NCBI GenBank assembly: GCA_041746255.1
Contig: JBGTHM010000019.1
Location: 64,001-128,000, forward strand
Direction: 5' to 3'
Length of the DNA stretch: 64,000 nucleotides
From: Fibrobacteria bacterium
Lineage (GTDB): Bacteria > Fibrobacterota > Fibrobacteria > UBA11236
A model generated the notes under the pieces. The model ran no database searches, was not told the origin of the DNA, and was given only the letters and a program-made list of their open reading frames with translations. The position numbers and the translations under genes were made by a program. Below are positions 58,999 through 64,000 of the stretch, piece after piece (position 1 is the first letter of the stretch; every line of letters begins with the position of its first letter).

Positions 58999-60396
58999 AT
59001 GAAGCGTGCCATGTTGTTCGCAGCAGTACTATTGCCGATTGCCCTATTGAATCCGGCCGATGCCGCCTTCAAGCCTTGGGTTCTTTCGAATGACTTAACC
59101 ACAGCGCCGCAAACCCTTTCGGCGACGGGTTTCTATACCAATATTGGAACAAAAACGGTGACCCCTGAGGCGGTTTATTTCGAGGTGAACTCCGCTTTGT
59201 GGAGCGATCACGCTAAGAAAAAGCGATGGATTATTCTGCCCGCCGGAAAAAAAGTGACTTATGACGACAGCACCGATTTTTACGAGTACCCCGAGGGTAC
59301 CTACCTCATCAAGAACTTCTATCACGAAATCGTTCCGGGTGACGCCTCGACCGAACGGATATGGGAAACCCGTATTCTCGCCAACAAAGATGAGGAAGGT
59401 GGTGTTCAGAATTGGTTCGGTTACAGCTATAGGTGGAGAGCCAACGGGTCGGACGCCGATTTGGTAGTGGATGACAATGGAATATTCGATACGCTGCGCT
59501 ATTATCCGAATGGAATGGGGGCGGCCTCCAAGATTCGGAAATGGACATTCCCAAGTGCCCGAGCCTGCAATGATTGCCACAACTCCATTGACTTTGGTAC
59601 CGGTGAAAAGACACGCTCGGTGCTGGGTTTCTTTCCCGCGCAGCAAAATAAACCAGCCCCTTTACAGCCGGCCATTAACCAATTGGTTTATCTGTTCAAC
59701 AAGGGTGTATTCGATCGGCAGCCGGACCCCGCTAAGGCGCCCCGTTGGTATGCCATCGATGATGAATCCGGGCCTCTGGATAATCGGGCGCGGGCCTATA
59801 TCGCCTCGAACTGTTCCGGCTGTCACGGAACCCGGGCGGTTACGGTTGGCGTAGTACCCTGGACCGACGTAAACTACGACTTTCATAGGGGAGTGCCAGA
59901 GATTGAATTCCAAAACTTTCAGATAATGGATAACTTCGGCATCGAAGACGCGAAATTGGTATACGCCGGTTATCCGGAAAAGTCGACCCTACTCCATCGG
60001 CAAATTGTGCGTGCGCCGGAATATAATGTCGACTCATCAATATATTGGAATTCAGATAGACCGGCGGAAACCATGCCACCTTTGGCTGTTTTCGAACAGG
60101 ATACTACTGCGATCAAATACCTTTCGCAATGGATTAAGGAAATGCCTCCGGTAGCATCCATTGCCCGTCGCACCCCCTCGGTGTTCCAAAAGCCGGTATT
60201 GCAAAACCGCCACCTTTTCCTGCCCGCAGATTTGGCATCCAAGCCCGGTTTTAACCTACAAGTTATCGATGCCTCCGGTCGGAAAGTCGCCGTGGATAAA
60301 GTGGGTGAAGGGGTTTACCGGCTTTCGACTTCGCTGCCGCGCGGATTGTATATCTTCCGAGCCGGTAACGTCAGTTTCACGCATTATCTTTTCTAA
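58999..60396 (+). CDS. Secreted diheme cytochrome c, paralog 3
   Basis: AAGGAG RBS before ATG 58999; CNDCH, CSGCH and TMPPL motifs. Confidence 0.8.
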   Translation: MKRAMLFAAVLLPIALLNPADAAFKPWVLSNDLTTAPQTLSATGFYTNIGTKTVTPEAVYFEVNSALWSDHAKKKRWIILPAGKKVTYDDSTDFYEYPEGTYLIKNFYHEIVPGDASTERIWETRILANKDEEGGVQNWFGYSYRWRANGSDADLVVDDNGIFDTLRYYPNGMGAASKIRKWTFPSARACNDCHNSIDFGTGEKTRSVLGFFPAQQNKPAPLQPAINQLVYLFNKGVFDRQPDPAKAPRWYAIDDESGPLDNRARAYIASNCSGCHGTRAVTVGVVPWTDVNYDFHRGVPEIEFQNFQIMDNFGIEDAKLVYAGYPEKSTLLHRQIVRAPEYNVDSSIYWNSDRPAETMPPLAVFEQDTTAIKYLSQWIKEMPPVASIARRTPSVFQKPVLQNRHLFLPADLASKPGFNLQVIDASGRKVAVDKVGEGVYRLSTSLPRGLYIFRAGNVSFTHYLF

Positions 60397-60423
60397 GCCC
60401 CTGAGAATGAATTTGGCTTGGGC

Positions 60424-60458
60424 AAAGGCTCTGCGTATCGCAGGGCCTTTACTTTTTT
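60424..60458 (+). terminator. Rho-independent terminator after the cytochrome triplet
   Basis: AAAGGCTCTGCG-TAT-CGCAGGGCCTTT stem-loop followed by ACTTTTTT. Confidence 0.75.
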
Positions 60459-60486
60459 AACATGCCCGCTTGATTGGGAGTAGAGG

Positions 60487-61353
60487 ATGAATCCAGAAAA
60501 AATCCAGACGCTGTTGGCACAATGGCTTTCGTCCCGACTTAAGCCTGAGTCAATGCAATGGCTGCGGGAAAAAGCCGCGGCCCTGAAAGCGGATGCTTCC
60601 GGAAAAGCCTTCTTTGCGATTTTCAGCGCGGCGGCAAGGCATGCGGGAAAGGAGACCTTGGCCTTATCGGCTACCGATCTGGCCTTCGCGCAGGACTTGG
60701 TCCCGGGATGGAATCCAGCGAATTGGACTTGCATTGAGGCGGCGCGTGCCCATATCCTGCTCGCCCTTCCCTATGAGCCAGCCGAAAATTATGCCCGAAT
60801 CTTGGACCAAGCCTTGGAAACCGCGGATTTGGGAGAAACCTTGGCTTTGCAAAAATCTTTGCCGCTATTACCGCATCCCCTCAAGCACTATGACCGGGCC
60901 TGCCTGGGAGCGCGTAGTAATATGAAGGCGGTATTCGAGGCCGTGGCCTTGGACAACCCCTTTCCGGCTCGATATTTCGACGAAGGCGCCTGGAATCAAC
61001 TGGTGCTGAAGGCGATTTTCGTTGAGGCCCCCTTAAGACGGATATACGGAATTGATGAACGCGCGAATCCGATATTGGCGCGTATGCTGGTGGATTATGC
61101 CCATGAAAGATGGGCGGCTGGCCGAGTCATTACCCCGGAGCTGTGGCGCTCGGTGGGGCCTTTCGCGGATAAAAGTATGCTGGAAGATTTGCAAAAGGTG
61201 GTGGAAACCGGTACATTACCGGAGAAACGTGCCGGAGCCTTGGCGCTTAAAGCCTGTCCGCTTCCGGAGGCCCAATCCCTGCTCAGCGCGCAGGGGGCTT
61301 GGGTGAAAGAAGTGGAAGAGGGAAGTATCAATTGGGAGAATCTGGAATCATGA
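60487..61353 (+). CDS. eboA: EboA domain protein
   Basis: ADLGE...LPLL, RSNMKAVFEAVALDNPFP, WNQLVLKAIF and DYAHERWAAGR motifs. Confidence 0.9.
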   Translation: MNPEKIQTLLAQWLSSRLKPESMQWLREKAAALKADASGKAFFAIFSAAARHAGKETLALSATDLAFAQDLVPGWNPANWTCIEAARAHILLALPYEPAENYARILDQALETADLGETLALQKSLPLLPHPLKHYDRACLGARSNMKAVFEAVALDNPFPARYFDEGAWNQLVLKAIFVEAPLRRIYGIDERANPILARMLVDYAHERWAAGRVITPELWRSVGPFADKSMLEDLQKVVETGTLPEKRAGALALKACPLPEAQSLLSAQGAWVKEVEEGSINWENLES

Positions 61354-62267
61354 GCCAAAACGGGAAAAAATTACGCATAATAGACCCCCATATCCACATG
61401 GTGTCCCGCACCACGGACGACTACCAGGCCATGGCGGCCGCGGGTGTGGTCGCCGTAATCGAGCCGGCCTTTTGGGTTGGCCAGCCCCGTACCAATATCG
61501 GTTCATTCAAGGATTATTTCGCCTCATTGGTCGGGTGGGAACGTTTCCGCGCCTCCCAGTTCGGCATCCGCCATTATTGCACAATAGGCCTTAACTCGAA
61601 AGAGGCCAATAACGAAGCCTTGGCCGAAGAAGTGATGGATTTGATTCCCCGGTTTGCGGGCAAAGAAGGAGTCGTGGCCATAGGAGAGATCGGTTACGAT
61701 GAGATGACCAAGGCCGAAGAAAAGTATTTCCGAATCCAGCTCGACATGGCCAAAGATTTGGACATGCCGGTTATGATCCATACGCCCCATCGCAATAAAA
61801 AGGAAGGGACCCTGCGCAGCATGGACGTTTGTCTTGAGCAGGGATTGGCGCCGGGAAAAGTGGTCATCGATCATAACAATGAAGAAACCGCAAAGGAGGT
61901 TTTGGACAGGGGCTTTTGGGCGGCGTTCACCCTGTACCCCAAAACCAAAATGGGAAGTCAACGCATGGTCGAGATTGTAAGGCGCTTCGGCTCGGAGCGA
62001 ATCATCGCGGATTCCAGTGCGGACTGGGGGATAAGCGATCCGTTGGCGGTGCCCAAAACCGCACAGTTGATGCTGGATAGCGGCATACCTTTCGCGACGG
62101 TCGAAAAGGTCTGTTATGCGAACGCATTGGAAGTTTACGGGCAAAGCGGACAGTTCAACGAATCCGATTGGTTGGATGAGAAGAGCGTGGATCGCACCAG
62201 CCTATTCGAAGGCAATAGCGTATTGCGGGGTCAGCCTGAGAATGAAGATTCCAAATTAATCAAGTAA
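61350..62267 (+). CDS. eboB: EboB, TatD-family hydrolase
   Basis: DPHIHMVSRTTDDY, EPAFWVGQPRT, GEIGYD, HTPHRNK and DSSADWG motifs; ATGA overlap with eboA. Confidence 0.9.
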   Translation: MSQNGKKLRIIDPHIHMVSRTTDDYQAMAAAGVVAVIEPAFWVGQPRTNIGSFKDYFASLVGWERFRASQFGIRHYCTIGLNSKEANNEALAEEVMDLIPRFAGKEGVVAIGEIGYDEMTKAEEKYFRIQLDMAKDLDMPVMIHTPHRNKKEGTLRSMDVCLEQGLAPGKVVIDHNNEETAKEVLDRGFWAAFTLYPKTKMGSQRMVEIVRRFGSERIIADSSADWGISDPLAVPKTAQLMLDSGIPFATVEKVCYANALEVYGQSGQFNESDWLDEKSVDRTSLFEGNSVLRGQPENEDSKLIK

Positions 62268-62296
62268 ACCGTAGCGCGACTTAACAACCGTATGGC

Positions 62297-64000
62297 CTAA
62301 GGCGCGCCTTCGTCCCGATTCCGTTTCGAGGCCCACTTCTCCTTTTTGTGCTCCCACCAATAATAAAAGGTGGGCACTGCCATCAAAACCAGGATGGTGT
62401 TGAATACCAATCCCCAAAAAATCGCCCAAGCCATGGGCTTCCACCACATGGTGGTTTCGGATTTGAACACCGGCTCCAAATTGAAGAAATCGAACCCGAT
62501 TCCGGTAGCCATGGGAAGCAATCCCAACATAGCGGTTACGGCGGTCAATATCACCGGGCGAAGACGCACCGAACCGCCTTCCAGAACCGCCTCCTTCAAA
62601 GGTACGCCCTCACGCCGCAATTGGTTGATGAAGTCGATAAGCACGATACCGTTCTTGGCCACAACGCCGGCCAAAGCGATAATACCGATTCCGGACATCA
62701 TAATGGCGAAGGTCACATTCGACATAAGCAAACCCCAGAATACCCCGCCAATGGAAAGCACGATTCCTACGATAACCAGCAGAGGTTGGGAAACGGAATT
62801 AAACTGAAAAACCATGGTGAGAAATACCAGGGCGATGGCGATCAAGAAGGCTTGATTCAGGAATTCGGTGGTTTCATCCTGGTCTCGATTGCTGGATCCC
62901 GGGCGGATGGAATATCCCGGAGGCACAAGCACTTTTTCCGCTTGAACCAAGGCGGCGGCCTTTGGGCCCGATTCATCCTTGACGCCGGGAGCCATTTCAG
63001 CCCATACCTGCACGGTTCTTTCGCCGTCGAGATGCCGTATATTCGCCATGTTCGCCTGTTGGGTAACTTGAGCCACCGAGGAAAGGGGAATGAGCGCACC
63101 CTCAAAGGGAATGGTTATCTGGTCGAGTCCCGCGAAAGTTTCCCGCGTATCGGGATCCAGGCGGACCATAATATTATGTTCGTCGTCGCCGGTACGGAAT
63201 TTTCCCGCTTCGATTCCGTGAATGGCTCCGCGAACCGCCATGGCGACATCGCTTGCGGATAGGCCCATGACCATGGCTTGATTCCTATCCACTTCGATGC
63301 GTAATTCCGGTTGCACCGGGTCGTAATCCCAATTGATATTCACCAATTGGGGAATAGTAGCAAGGCGTTTTTTCAGGCTGTCGGCAAGGAGGGCGATGCG
63401 CCCATAGTCGCTGCCGACCACTTCGAAGGAAACGGGAAATCCCTGGGGCGGGCCTTCCTGCTGTTTCTTGACGCGGACCCTCCAGCCCGGTAGTATGGCC
63501 GGGAGATTTTTCTGCATCCAGAGCATGGAAATTTCGGATGAGACCTTGCGATCTTCATAGTCCGTGAAGGACACGTCGACATAGCCCCGATGGCTTTCGG
63601 GCGCCCTATCTCCCATGGCCATGTCTGCCTTTCCGAATCCGACCACACCGGACAAACTTTCCACATCGGCGGAATCCTTGGGCATGGCCATGAGTTTTCT
63701 TTCAATGAGGGTAAGTGCGGAGTCGGTAATCCGATTATCGAGTCCCAGAGGACCCTCGATTTCAGCGGCCGCGACCTTCGGTTCGATATTGGGAAAGAAG
63801 ACCACGCCCGAACCCAAAAACGCATACGCCAGAATGCCGCCGATGAGAAATAGGAAGCTGGCGAAGGCCACCAAAACAGGATGACCCAAGGTTCGCCCGA
63901 GCGCGCGTTTGTAGGTAAGCCGGATGCGCTCGAAGCGCTCACTTCCTTGACCTTCCATTTGTTTGGTGTCTTTGGCGGTCATGAATAAGGAGGCGAAAAC
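62297..64000 (-). CDS. RND efflux transporter permease (AcrB family), C-terminal part; 5' end outside the window
   Basis: QFNSVSQP, GVVAKNGIVLIDF and RLRPVILT motifs. Confidence 0.92.
   Translation of the reverse strand, partial: VFASLFMTAKDTKQMEGQGSERFERIRLTYKRALGRTLGHPVLVAFASFLFLIGGILAYAFLGSGVVFFPNIEPKVAAAEIEGPLGLDNRITDSALTLIERKLMAMPKDSADVESLSGVVGFGKADMAMGDRAPESHRGYVDVSFTDYEDRKVSSEISMLWMQKNLPAILPGWRVRVKKQQEGPPQGFPVSFEVVGSDYGRIALLADSLKKRLATIPQLVNINWDYDPVQPELRIEVDRNQAMVMGLSASDVAMAVRGAIHGIEAGKFRTGDDEHNIMVRLDPDTRETFAGLDQITIPFEGALIPLSSVAQVTQQANMANIRHLDGERTVQVWAEMAPGVKDESGPKAAALVQAEKVLVPPGYSIRPGSSNRDQDETTEFLNQAFLIAIALVFLTMVFQFNSVSQPLLVIVGIVLSIGGVFWGLLMSNVTFAIMMSGIGIIALAGVVAKNGIVLIDFINQLRREGVPLKEAVLEGGSVRLRPVILTAVTAMLGLLPMATGIGFDFFNLEPVFKSETTMWWKPMAWAIFWGLVFNTILVLMAVPTFYYWWEHKKEKWASKRNRDEGAP

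Larger units (their letters stand above)
56041..60396 (+). repeat. Tandem gene triplication (about 1.4-1.5 kb units)
   Basis: Shared nucleotide blocks such as GCGACGGGTTTCTATACCAATAT and GATAATCGGGCGCGGGCCTATATCGCC occur in all three copies. Confidence 0.9.

Noticed and set aside
56041..60396. Diversity-generating retroelement, shufflon or assembly artefact
   Set aside because: No reverse transcriptase or recombinase is present. Differences include indels and widespread synonymous changes, and all three ORFs are intact with their own RBS.
62348..63262. 304 aa ORF opposite the RND gene, and similar long alternative ORFs at 4311-5168, 48616-49359, 50784-51641 and 53452-54219
   Set aside because: They overlap well-supported genes and show no protein-family features.
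1..64000. CRISPR arrays, tRNA/rRNA, transposases, prophage or defence genes
   Set aside because: None was recognised; intergenic gaps are short and no periodic repeats were seen. A tRNAscan or Infernal run would be needed to exclude small RNAs.

Overview
Bacterial genomic window (about 55% GC by eye, with one AT-richer patch); C-terminal sorting-type tails suggest an FCB-group organism, possibly Fibrobacterota (inference). 1-11.5 kb and 20.5-30 kb are surface-glycan synthesis and tailoring genes: DegT aminotransferase, AsnB-like amidotransferase, Wzx flippase, GT4/GT2/GT-C transferases, methyltransferases, a deacetylase and an sxtJ-sxtK-carbamoyltransferase-SGNH module. 13.9-20.4 kb is housekeeping: a siroheme sulfite/nitrite reductase preceded by two copies of a 25-bp operator-like box, an RRM protein, an RNA methylase, a TIGR01777 epimerase and a CDF transporter. 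30-34.7 kb holds a hemerythrin-domain protein and two histidine kinases. The most notable part is 34.8-62.3 kb, a split ebo cluster (eboE-F-C and eboA-B). No canonical EboD is seen. Instead a 2-deoxy-scyllo-inosose synthase (BtrC)-like cyclase and a coupled TIM-barrel epimerase are present. A sugar/polyol ABC transporter and three tandem diheme cytochromes c with T9SS-like tails lie between the two ebo halves. A complete TonB2/Ttp-type system with a receptor and a Cys-rich lipoprotein follows eboC. The window ends in a partial RND permease. No rRNA, tRNA, CRISPR array or mobile element was recognised. Family assignments come from remembered motifs, not database searches.
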